Source: Octopus sinensis (taxonomy: Eukaryota). From it: a stretch of 64,000 nucleotides of DNA. The position numbers and the translations under genes were made by a program. The stretch is from assembly GCF_006345805.1 (NCBI RefSeq), contig NC_042999.1:5704001-5768000 (forward strand). The letters are read 5' to 3'. Positions 37,191 to 48,756 of the stretch are shown here, piece by piece (the first letter of the stretch is position 1; every line of letters begins with the position of its first letter). Below the pieces are notes generated by a model. That model was not told where the DNA came from, ran no database searches, and saw only the letters and a program-made list of their open reading frames with translations.

Positions 37191-37384
37191 GATGTGAGAT
37201 GGTTAAATAGAGGGAAATATTAGAGTTTAATATGAGGATTTATTTTGGGAAAGGATGGAAATAAGGAGTAATAGGGAAATAGGAGAATGAATGTAGAAAT
37301 AAAAATAAAAAAATATAAAAAATGTTATAGTTGCAGTCCATTGTTATAAATGTCTGGAAATTCCACTCAGCTTGGCTTTGCCTT

Positions 37385-37714
37385 GTGTAGTATGTATGTA
37401 CATATATATGTATGTATGTATGCATATATATGTATGTGTATATATACAGAAATATATATGTATATATATACACATATATGTATGTGTATATATACAGAAA
37501 TATATATATGTATATATACACACATATATGTATGTATATATATACATATACATATACATATATTATATATAGTATATATATATATACATATATATATACA
37601 TGCACACACACACACATATATATACACACATATCTATATACAAATACATATATATACATATATATACATATACTTACATATACACACACACACACATATG
37701 CATGTATGTATGTG

Positions 37715-37755
<41 letters not shown>
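37385..37755. repeat. TA/CA compound microsatellite
   Basis: Direct inspection. Confidence 0.9.
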
Positions 37756-37757
<2 letters not shown>

Positions 37758-37843
37758 GAAATTTACAGAAAAACAAGAGACGAAGACAGATGTATAAACA
37801 ACAAGCAGGTATATTAGTTTGACACTCGGGAAAGTGAGAAAGT

Positions 37844-37880
37844 CTTTTACGTTTCGAACATACACTCTTCAACAGAAAAG
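37844..37880 (-). ncRNA. Minimal hammerhead-like motif, CUGUUGA core
   Basis: CUUUU CUGUUGA A GAG UGUAUG UUC GAAAC GUA AAAG; homolog at 42495. Confidence 0.5.
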
Positions 37881-38239
37881 TATAAGAGAAAATAAACAGA
37901 GAGAGAATAAAAAACTTGTGGATTTAGCGGTCAAGCATGGCAACTGGTTGGAAAAAAGGTTTGACAGGTGAGGTTGAAAGAAGGGAAGATAATAAAGTAT
38001 TGGTGATCCTTACACGAAGGTGTGTGTGCATGCGTGTGTATATGAGAATGTGTAAGTGTGTGTGTAGAGAGAGGGGCTAGTGACTTTTACATATGTGAAT
38101 GTGTGCATGTGTGTGTGCATCTGTAACATGTGGTGTGTGGGGTGTGTGTGCAAATGATGGTGTGTAGTGTGGGTACTGGGAATTGGTCAGTGCTAGTGTG
38201 TGTGGAGTGGTGTGGGGTATAGCTTACGATATACTGAGG

Positions 38240-38465
38240 AACAGTGCTGAACCATGACAACTACCTACATTGAAGAGACTGCACGTAGCATAGGAAGACA
38301 TAATGTTGAACATTGGCGAGATCTCAAAGAAGGGAAAAGCTCGTCAGTGCTCTACCAACATGCTCAGGAACGAGGTTAAAGTATTATTGACACGTTGAAC
38401 AGACACGGCACTTGCACATATAACACTAGACAGACCGTGACTCAATAGAAAACACGAATGGAACA
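38240..38465 (+). pseudogene. Penelope-like GIY-YIG endonuclease relic (ORF 3' end)
   Basis: YIEETARSIGRHNVEHWRDLKEGKSSSVLYQHAQE..LDRP*LNRKHEW resembles YIGET..EH..S.L..H..LNR. Confidence 0.65.
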
Positions 38466-38644
38466 GTAACACCCACCACTACGTCACGCTACATGACTAA
38501 AGGCAGAAGGAATGAGGAAAGAGAGGGAAAAAAATTTGTAAACAATGCACAGAAACATGCAGAGTAATACACACACAATAGACATATATGTACTTAACCT
38601 GTGCAACTTATGAGAAATAGAGATATGTGAAGAAAAAAAATATA

Positions 38645-38940
38645 TAAATAAATAAAGAAGAAAAGCGTTTATGATTACGAACCAGTCACAATTATAACTA
38701 AGCAGGTTAAAAAAACCCTTACATGTTAAAAATAGCAGCCAAAACCACTATAAAGCCATTATGTGACTCATATACTCATATTATTTCTCCTCACGATAAA
38801 AACTGTTTTTATCGTGCGGAGAAATAATATGATAGATATAATGACTTTATAGCGGTTTTGGCTGCTATTTTTAACATGTAAGGGTTAGTTATAATTGTGA
38901 CTTGTTCATAATTATAAGCGCTTTCCTTCTTTATATTTTA
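38645..38940. repeat. Fold-back inverted repeat with a 1-nt centre
   Basis: cacgataaaaac-t-gtttttatcgtg centred at 38804; arms roughly 85-90% identical by eye, with indels. Confidence 0.8.
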
Positions 38941-39074
38941 TGATAACATGTTTGGCCATTGATATATTCATAAATAATCGTATTTCTAATATATCCTCCG
39001 TAATGTTTTTATGTCACTCTCAACCTACATAAATAAATGAATAGATAAGTACATAAATAACTAAATGTATACTC

Positions 39075-39239
39075 TTTTACTCTTTTACTTGTGTCAGTCA
39101 TTTGACTGCGGCCATGCTAGAGCACCGCCTTTAATCGAGCAACTCGACCCCGGGACTTATTCTTTTGTAAGCCCAGTACTTATTCTATCGGTCTCTTTTG
39201 CCGAACCGCTAAGTAACGGGGACATAAACACACACAAAT

Positions 39240-39270
<31 letters not shown>

Positions 39271-39442
39271 CATATATACGACGGGCTTCTTTCAGTTTCC
39301 GTCTACCAAATCCACTCACAAGGCTTTGGTCGGCCCAAGGCTATAGTAGAAGACACTTGCCCAAGATGCCACGCAGTGGGACTGAACCCAGAACCATGTG
39401 GTTGGTAAACAAGCTACTTACCACACAGCCACTCCTGCGCCT
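39075..39442 (-). mobile_element. SINE S2
   Basis: Full length. Confidence 0.8.
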
Positions 39443-39509
39443 AAATATTTTTGTCACATATCTGTGACAAATATAAGATATAGAGATAGATAAAATAAAT
39501 AAATAAGTC

Positions 39510-40035
39510 TATCATCATCATCATCGTTTAACGGCTGCTTTCCATGCTAGCATGGGTTGGACGATTTTGACTGAGGGCTGGCGAACCAGATGGCTGCACC
39601 AGGCTCCAATCTTGATCTGGCAGAGTTTCTACAGCTGGATGCCCTTCCTAACGCCAACCACTCTGAGAGTGTAGTGGGTGCTTTCTATGTGCTATCGGCA
39701 TGGGGGCCAGTCAGGCGGTACTGGCAACGACCTTGCTCGAATCCTTTTACGTGCCACCAGCACAGGTGCCAGTAAGGTGACGTTGGTAACGATCACGCTC
39801 GAATGGTGCCCTTTTACGTGCAACGGCACAGGGGGCCAGTCAGGCGGTACTGGCAATGACCTCGCTCGAATCTTTTTACACATGTCACTGGCACAGGTGC
39901 TCTTGGCACCCTACTAGCACGGGCACGAGTGCCAGTAAGGCGATGCTGGTAACGATCATACTCGAACGGTGCCCTTTTATGTGCCACTAGCACAGAAGCC
40001 GGTTAGCTGCCCTGTCAACGATCACACTCGTCTGG
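39510..40035 (-). mobile_element. SINE S1, long form
   Basis: Tail, core and tandem units. Confidence 0.75.
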
Positions 40036-40311
40036 AACTCTTTGTACCCCGCTACTACGGCTGATATAAAGGGAATAGATGCATACAACATACGAAGTGA
40101 ACCCATACAAACACACACACAAGAAATTTCGTGGACGACCACAACAATATCAACAACACGATTAACAATGACAGCAGCAACGGTGGTGACAATGATGGCA
40201 ATAATAACAACAACAACAACTACCACGATGGCAACACCGTGGGTGAACACACGTACACAGAGGAACACAAGAACCATTTTTTTATTTGGGTCTTAGGACA
40301 ACAGCAGCAAG

Positions 40312-40700
40312 TGGAGGCGCAATGACCCAGTGGTTAGGGCAGCGGACTCACAATTGGAGGATCACAGTTTCAATTCCCAGACCGGGCGTTGTGTGTGTTT
40401 ATTGAGCAAAAACACCTAAAGCTCCATGAGGCTCCGACAGGGGGTGGTGGCGACCCCTGTTGTACTCTTTCGCCCCCAACTTTCTCTCACTCTTTCTTCC
40501 TGTTTCTTGTCCCCGACTTCTTCCTACGCAACCACTGAGCCTGGATGCGCATTCATCCATCCGTCGATGCTCTCGGTGTCGGGGGTTGACCTGCTTTCTC
40601 TTCTGCGGGTCTTACGAATAGCAAAGGACCACGTTTCGGACTTCTCCCACTGGATGTAGACCGCTAACTCAACAGCAACAGCACAATAGGGTGAGAGGAT
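40312..40700 (+). mobile_element. S3-headed element with alternative body 3
   Basis: Body cctacgcaacc(a/g)ctgagcctggatgcgcattc.. shared with 53200-53680. Confidence 0.7.
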
Positions 40701-41135
40701 GGGGCTGAGGGGAAGGCTACTCTGCTGCTAAAAACTATAACACACACACAAGTGTACACACACACGCACGCAAACACACGCACGCACACACACACACATA
40801 AATAGGGACACAAATGCATGGGCACATAAGGATACACATCATAGAAGAGCAGAATGGAGTAAGTGGAGCAAGAACACACACGAAATCAAAAAGTGTCAGT
40901 GAAGAGGTCACAGATGTGTGACGAAAGATTTCCGGACAATGGACATGAGTTCAAATAATACAAGAACAGTAATAAACGAGTAAAGAACAAATATATAATA
41001 TGTGTGTTTTATTTGGCGAAGAAATGTTTTTAAAATTACCGTCCGAAAATACAACAATATTTGTTTCATCACACGATTTCACCTCAGGAATTTTGCATAA
41101 CGAATTGACATACATACATACAAACATGCATACAT

Positions 41136-41164
<29 letters not shown>

Positions 41165-41170
<6 letters not shown>

Positions 41171-41572
41171 TCATCATTTAGCGTCTGCTTTCCATGCTAG
41201 CATGGGTTGGACGGGTCAACTGGGGTCTGTGAAGCTGGAAGGCTTCGTCAGGCCCAGTCAGATCTGGCAGTGTTTCTACGGCTGGATGCCCTTCCTAACG
41301 CCAACCACTCCGTGAGTGTAGTGGGTGCTTTTTACGTGCCACCTGCACAGGTGCCAGACAGAGCTGGCGAACGGCCACGAACGGATGGTGCTTTTACGTG
41401 TCACCGGCACGGGGCCAGGCGAGGCTGGCAACGGACACAAACGGATGGCTTGCTTTACGTGCCACCGACACGGGGCCAACAGAGCTGGCAAACGGCCACG
41501 AACGGACGGTGCTTTTACGTGTCACCGGCACGGGGGCCAGCCGAGGCTGACAACGAACACGAACGGATGGTG

Positions 41573-41580
<8 letters not shown>
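41165..41580 (-). mobile_element. SINE S1 with about 4 tandem units
   Basis: Tail, core and tandem units. Confidence 0.8.
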
Positions 41581-41622
<42 letters not shown>

Positions 41623-41634
41623 CATACACAAATC

Positions 41635-41860
41635 AATAATAATAAAGGGTAAAATGAATTAATTAACTAGTAATTAATAATTCCACCAAGTAGAATTCGG
41701 CGTGAAAAAGGAACATTTTTCAGTAAACTTAAATAATATTTTATAATTACGAGTATAATTATAATTATGGTTCAGCAAAGATTTGTTGAAAGTTCGGTAT
41801 GTGGTAAAGCAAATCTTTGCTGAACCCTAATTATAATTATACTCATAATTATAAAATATT
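41635..41860. mobile_element. PLE-derived fold-back related to the 3922-5009 family
   Basis: ggttcagcaaagatttg..caaatctttgctgaacc; minus strand resembles gggtttagcaacgaattgccttaccacagaccgaa. Confidence 0.6.
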
Positions 41861-41904
41861 ATATATATATATGCATATGCCTGTCTATCTTTCTATCTAT
41901 ATAA

Positions 41905-42115
41905 AGTAATCCCTCGACTATTGCGGGTCATTTCAAACTCCCTCCCCCCCGGCGATAGGTGAAAATCCGCAAAGTAGAAACAATAGTGTGCTGTATATTT
42001 TTATTTTTTATTTTTATAATTTGTATATATTTATTTTATTATAAGTGCAAAACAACAGCAAAGAGAAATCGACGTAAGCTTAAATAATAAACTGCAATAT
42101 GGCAAGGGATAACCA
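41905..42115. mobile_element. Tigger/pogo-like MITE
   Basis: Homologous to 13270-13468. Confidence 0.6.
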
Positions 42116-42494
42116 TACACACACACACACACACACATTATTAGTATTTAGCAAAGTGACAGAGTTTCTCAAGGGCCGAGAGTTTCGTGCGTTGGCACTT
42201 ATCAAACTTTTTGATAAGTGCCAACGCACGAAACTCTCAGATCTGAAGGTCACTCTGTTACTTCTGCTAAATATTGATAAAAATATACATATTGTTTGAG
42301 TTCTATTTTTCCTGTTTGCACAAACATACCTATACATACATACACACATGCACACACACACACATACACACAGATATACATATATACACACACACATACA
42401 CATACACACACACTCACACACACATTTATATGTATGTATGTGTGTATGAATAATATATATTTCTATTTTCTCTCCCTCTTTATTTCAGTGTTCC

Positions 42495-42528
42495 TTTCTG
42501 TCGAAGAGCATAGACTCGAAACGTAAAA
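42495..42528 (+). ncRNA. Minimal hammerhead-like motif, CUGUCGA core
   Basis: UUU CUGUCGA A GAG CAUAGA CUC GAAAC GUA AAA. Confidence 0.5.
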
Positions 42529-42559
42529 CACTTTCTCACTTCCCAAGCGTTAAACTAAT

Positions 42560-43440
42560 ATGATGGCCCTGTCCGATCTGTAGAAAAGGCGTAGGTAAAA
42601 ACTCTATAAGATGTACCCAGTGTAAGCTATGGACACATAAGAGGTGCAGTAATATCAAAGGAAAGCTAACTGGAAAGACAGATTTTGTATGTGGCAGATT
42701 CTCAGGAGCAATAAACACAGAAAATGTGCAGAGAACAACTTCTGCCACATTCCGGGGAGAAAAACTAGAAGTAGTTGATAGCTTCCATTACCTAGGTGAC
42801 CAAGTCAGCAGCGGGGGCGGGTGTGCTGAAAGTGTAACTGCTAGAGTAAGAATAGTTTGGGCAAAGTTCAGAGAGCTCTTACCTCTGCTGGTGACAAAGG
42901 GCCTCTTGCTCAGAGTAAAAGGTAGACTGTATGATGCGTGTGTACGAACAGCCATGCTACATGGCAGTGAAACATTGGCCGTGACTGCTGAAGACATGCA
43001 TATGCTCACAAGGAATGAAGCCAGTATGCTCCGATGGATGTGTAATGTCAGTGTACATACTCTACAGAGTGTAAGTACCTTGAGAGAAAAGTTGGACCTA
43101 AGAAGCATTAAATATGAGAGACGTCTACGCTGGTATGGTCATGTGGCGAGAATGGATGAAGATAGGTGTGTGAAAAAGTGCCACACTCTAGCAGTTGAGG
43201 GAACCTATGGAAGAGGTAGACCCAGGGAGACCTGGGATGAAGTGGTGAAGCACGACCTTCGAAAATTAGGTCTCACCGAGGCAAAGACTAATGACCGAGA
43301 CCTTTGGAAATATGCTGTGCGGGAGAAGCCCCAGCAAGACAAGTGAGACCATAACCCGTGGCCTTTACCTGGGATGTAGCCAGCCCACTTATGCGTACCT
43401 TTCCTTCTTTGGACGCAAAACTCTGCTTGCCATGTGCCCG
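42560..43440 (+). pseudogene. RTE-clade LINE 3' fragment
   Basis: Cys-rich insert CPICRKGVGKNSIRCTQCKLWTHKRC; EVVDSFHYLGD..GGG..ARVR..LHGSET..RRLRWYGHV..GRGRPRETW. Confidence 0.88.
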
Positions 43441-43504
43441 TCAAATGTAAATAATGTAAAGGATGTTAAGTTGTGCAATGGAAATTACTAAGGTTATTAT
43501 TGAG

Positions 43505-43820
43505 TACATGTGCCAGTGGCACATAAAAAGCACCATCCGAACATGGCCGATGCCAGCGCCGCCTTGGCTGGCTTCCATGCCGGTGGCACGTTAAAAGCAC
43601 CAACCGATCGTGGCCAATGCCAGACTCCCCTGGCACCTGTGCGGGTAGCACGTAAAAAGCACCCACTACACTCGTGGAATGGTTGGCGTTTGGAAGGGCA
43701 TCTAGCTGTAGAATCACTGCCAGATCAGACTGGAGCTTGGTGCAGCCCCTGGTCGAACTGTCCAACCCGTGCTAGTGTGGAAAACGGACGTTAAACGATG
43801 ATGATGATGATGATGATGAT
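43505..43820 (+). mobile_element. SINE S1
   Basis: Core and (GAT)n tail. Confidence 0.8.
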
Positions 43821-43904
43821 GATTCGGACTTATAGAGTGTCATGAAAGTAGAGAAGTCTCTGTCACTACATGAATGAATAGCATCGGAAAAGTTATTTGA
43901 TATA

Positions 43905-44490
43905 GTAGAATTATATGCAGTTGAACGAGGAGAAATTTGAGCTCATCCACTTTGGAAAAGAAGACACACTCAAACAACCATATACACTACCATCAGGAGA
44001 TCTACTTGAACCATCGGATATTATCAGAGACTTCGGTGCCATTCAAGAATTTGGACCTGGAGATCTCCATTTCCAGAGACTTCGAGGGCCACCTCCCAGT
44101 GGTGTCGGATGTCAACGAAGAGCCCTCGACTACAACAAGACGATCAAAGTTTTTTTTTTTTCGAGGTCTGGGGTCTCCCACCCCTAAGCCCTAGACCATC
44201 ACCTAATCACCCTTAACCGTTTTGTTGCTTAACAACAACAAGAGACTTAGGTGTAACAGTCGACAGCAACCTTAGTTGTAGTGTGCACAACAACAAGAGA
44301 CTTAGGTGTAACAGTCGACAGCAACCTTAGTTGTAGTGTGCACAACAACAAGAGACTTAGGTGTAACAGTTGACAGCAACCTTAGTTGTAGTGTGCACAT
44401 CAACAAAAAGGCCAATGTTGCCCGCAGAATGTGCTCGTGAAACCAACATCCTTCTCTTCCCCACATTCGTTAGGCCCCACCTCGAATACT
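43905..44490 (+). pseudogene. CR1/L2-like LINE RT relic with a nested insert (44033-44240) and a 55-bp triplication
   Basis: MQLNEEKFELIHFGK..IIRD|RDLGVTVDSNLSCSVHINKK..FVRPHLEYSS. Confidence 0.75.
44234..44398. repeat. 3 x 55-bp tandem repeat
   Basis: aacaacaagagacttaggtgtaacagtcgacagcaaccttagttgtagtgtgcac x3, one substitution. Confidence 0.92.
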
Positions 44491-44990
44491 CATCATCATT
44501 GTTCGACCGTGGTCAAGACAATGGAATTTACTATGTTACGCCAGACTTCACGGTCCATCATGACATTACGGAGGTCCTGTTGCTGGATGCCTGTATCCCT
44601 GGAGATTACATCAGGGTAGGAGAGTGTGCACCCTCTGGTATCGCGAGCAGATGGCTTCCAGAGGAGAAGAGTAGAAATTACTTCTTTTTCAGCTCTACAA
44701 CAGTGTCCAGCAAACTGGACTCTCCTACCTTTCACAAGAGATGACACAGGTGGTAGTTTCCCATATATTTGTACTTTGGTTGGATGACTCTTCCACGAGA
44801 TATTTTGAGCACTCATAAGGAGGCGAGTGTAAGTTCCATCCAACTGCCTCTCAAGCTTCTTTGATAACGTCCAGGTTTCTGAGCCATATAGTAGAACTGG
44901 TTTGACTGTGGCTTTGAAGATTTTAAGTTTGAAATCTCTACTTAGATTTGATGACCAGATCTTATGCATATCATTACTGCTGCCCATTAT
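44488..44990 (-). pseudogene. RTE LINE 3' fragment with a (TGA)n tail
   Basis: KLKIFKATVKPVLLYGSETWTL..RRVQFAGHC..DREVWRNIV. Confidence 0.85.
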
Positions 44991-45139
44991 GGTCCCCTAC
45001 AAAAAAACAAGACATAATGAGGATCGAAGTGCCACAAAGCTCAATCACAAAAAAAAAAAATAAATGGCATGATGGGACTTCGTTATTGGGTTTGACTTAA
45101 ACAGCTGAAACTCTATTTTCTGCGCCGCCGCCGTGTAAT

Positions 45140-45480
45140 TGTAGTTGTGATACCAGTGCCGGTGGCACGTAAAAGCACCATCCAAACGTGGCCGTTGCCA
45201 GCGCCGCCTCGACTGGCCTCCGTACCGGTGGCATGTAAAAAGCACCAACCGATCGTGGCCATTGCCAGCTTTGCCTGGCACCTGTGCCAGTGGCACGTAA
45301 AAAGCACCCACTACACTCACGGAGTGGTTGGCGTTAGGAAGGGCATCCAGCTGTAGAAACACTGCCAGATAAGACTGGAGCCTGGTGCAGCCTTCTGGCT
45401 TCCCAGATCCTGGACGAACCGTCCAACCCATGCTAGCTTGGAAAGCGGATGTTAAACAATGATGATGATGATGATGAATC
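45140..45480 (+). mobile_element. SINE S1
   Basis: Core and tail. Confidence 0.8.
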
Positions 45481-45504
45481 CTACATTATCCTTTGCCTGT
45501 GTAC

Positions 45505-45750
45505 TTAGATAACTTAGGTTGGTTTCGGCCATGAATAACTCAATAGCACCACCTGGAAAAGACTTTTAGTTAATTATTTCAGGATACCATGGACCACTCA
45601 ATCAGGGAGTTGTTGTTGTTGGTTGAGACGTATCCAGGTGTAGGTGGTTTATCCAGTATTTCCTGGAGGAATTTGTCCAGGTACCGTTTGAAAGTTGGGT
45701 TTTTTTTTAACTTTAATTTCTTTGGGGATAACATTGAAAAGTGCAGAACC
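45505..45750 (-). pseudogene. CR1/L2-like LINE 3' end
   Basis: GSALFNVIPKEIK..FKRYLDKFLQEILDKPPTPGY..NSLIEW*. Confidence 0.65.
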
Positions 45751-45879
45751 ATTTACAGTGAAGAAATTGTGTCGCAATGTTCTTATATGACGTGATCTCG
45801 ACCTTTGTAGGGGACGCATTGCACGGGGTGGGGCCTAGTCTTGGGTGAATTGTAAACATAATGCCAATATCATTTGGAT

Positions 45880-46295
45880 AATCATCATCATCATCATCAT
45901 CGTTTAACGTCTGTTTTCCATGCTGGCATGGGTTGGATGGTTCGACCAGGGTCTGGGAAGCCAGGAGGCTGCACCAGGCTCCAGTCTGATCTGGCAATGT
46001 TTCTACAGCTGGATGCCCTTCCTAACGCCAACCACTCTGTGAGTGTAGTGGGTGCTTTTTATGTGCCAGGCGAGGCTGGCAACAGCCACGATCGGTTGGT
46101 GCTTTTTACGTGCCACTGGCATGGAGGTCAGTCAAGGCAGCGTTGGCAACAGCCACATTCAGATGGGTTTTTTTTATGCACCACCGGCACTGGTATCACA
46201 ACTACAATTTCCATTATTTACACCATGTGGAAAAATATTCCACCACGATCAAAAAATATCAATGGAAATTGTAGTTGTGATACCAGCGCCGGTGG
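45880..46295 (-). mobile_element. SINE S1
   Basis: Tail and core; tail-to-tail with the copy at 45140. Confidence 0.8.
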
Positions 46296-47159
46296 CACAT
46301 AAATATGTATGTATGTATGTATATATGTATGTGTGTGTGTATATGCACGCACATACACACTATAAACTTAAAGCTATAAACCTGTAGTGATGGATAGATG
46401 TAGACTGACCACTCATCACAATAATATCAAATTTCAACCTCCCCCACCCACCCCGCCGAAACTAGGATGTGATTTACGACCCTCACCCCCAAAACAAAAC
46501 CCTAAAACCTATTATCAGACATTTATCTCTATATCACAGAACTTTTGTTTTACTATTACTTGTTTTTTTTCCTTTTTCTTTTTCTCCCTACATCTAGTTA
46601 GTTCAGGTTAAATATATATACGTGTGTATGTATGTATGTATGTATGTATGTACGTATGTATGTGAGTGTCTAGGAGAATGGGCAGACGCGTCTGTGAGAG
46701 TGTGTACATGTGTATGTGTATGTGAACGTATGTCCGTGTACTGGTATGTGTCCGTCCAAGTTGTGTACATGACTGTTACCTTGTTGAAGGTTGTATACAT
46801 ACACACATATATGTTTGTATAGACATATATACATACACACATATATGTTTGTATAGACATATATATGCGTGGGTGTGTGTTTGTTCCTCTCATCACCGTC
46901 TAACTGTTAATGGATACAACGTTTAGGTGCAACTGTGCACATATAACCATATCCATATACGCAAGTACACACAATCATATAGACACACCTATAAATATAC
47001 ATATAATCTTAAAATACTCATATATTCTAATCCACTTCTACATACATATGTCCTATTACACACATACACACACACACACGCATAAACATACATACGCACA
47101 CCCACACACATACACAATACGACACAGTATTTTATATTTATATATGCATAAACGCATAC

Positions 47160-47349
<190 letters not shown>

Positions 47350-47350
<1 letters not shown>

Positions 47351-47510
47351 TGATGGGCTTCTTTCAGTTTCCGTCTACCAAATCCACTCACAAGGCTTTG
47401 GTCGGCCCGAAGCTATAGTAGAAGACACTTGCCCAAGGTGCCACGCAGTGGGACTGAACTCGGAACCCTGTGGTTGGTAAGCAAGCTACTTAACACACAG
47501 CCACTCCTAT
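47350..47510 (-). mobile_element. SINE S2 (head half)
   Basis: S2 head. Confidence 0.8.
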
Positions 47511-47952
47511 GTCTCTTCACTAAATTTTCAGTTCTTGTTTAAAAATCGTTTTTATCTGTATCCCTATACTTCATAATATTATTATTATTATTATGTTTAT
47601 ACATTCATATTCACATAGTCATTTGTCCATATATATATTTTTTTTTATATTCCAGGAGTGGCCGTGTGGTAAACATCACACAACCACGCTAGTCATTAAT
47701 CTCCAGTGCTTTATTGCTTTGCAATAGCAACCACACTTATGGTGTTGCTAGGAAACTTGAAATTGACACCAATATTTTCTTTAGCGAAGAAAATTTCAGA
47801 CATATTGTGCAACAGTTTTTAGCAAGAAATCTGCCCCACTTATATTTACACCAACAAAATATTATTAATTTAAAATGATATTATTTACAACGCGAAAATA
47901 GTCTTTAATATAAGAAAAAAACTGTATGAGTTTTATGTTATTTCTAGCAGAA

Positions 47953-48035
47953 ATATCTATCTATCTATCTATCTACCTACCTACCTGTCTATCTATCTAT
48001 CTATCTATCTATCTACCTACCTACCTACCTACCTG

Positions 48036-48131
<96 letters not shown>

Positions 48132-48140
48132 CCTATCTAC

Positions 48141-48195
<55 letters not shown>

Positions 48196-48211
48196 CCTAC
48201 CTACCTACCTG

Positions 48212-48259
<48 letters not shown>

Positions 48260-48275
48260 CCTACCTACCTACCTG

Positions 48276-48339
<64 letters not shown>

Positions 48340-48355
48340 CCTACCTACCTACCTG

Positions 48356-48431
<76 letters not shown>

Positions 48432-48447
48432 CCTACCTACCTACCTG

Positions 48448-48515
<68 letters not shown>

Positions 48516-48531
48516 CCTACCTACCTACCTG

Positions 48532-48625
<94 letters not shown>

Positions 48626-48756
48626 ATCATCTATCTATCTATCTATCTATCTATTTAGCTACCTACCTACCTACCTTTCTATCTGTCTGTCTGTCTATCT
48701 ATCTATCTATTTAGCTACCTACCTACCTACCTGTCTATCTATCTATCTTCCTACCT
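47953..48756. repeat. (CTAT)n/(CTAC)n tetranucleotide array with a recurring CTAC-CTGT higher-order motif
   Basis: Direct inspection. Confidence 0.97.

Noticed and set aside
40040-40330. Asn- or Thr-rich ORFs
   Set aside because: Degenerate (AAC/GAC)n low-complexity DNA running into a SINE head.
44234-44398. CRISPR-like array (also considered for the S1 internal units)
   Set aside because: Head-to-tail repeats with no unique spacers, eukaryotic context, no cas genes.
47926-48714. 262-aa ORF (IYLS repeats) and many similar YI/CV/ER/LLL/III ORFs across the window
   Set aside because: These are translations of microsatellites with no coding signal.
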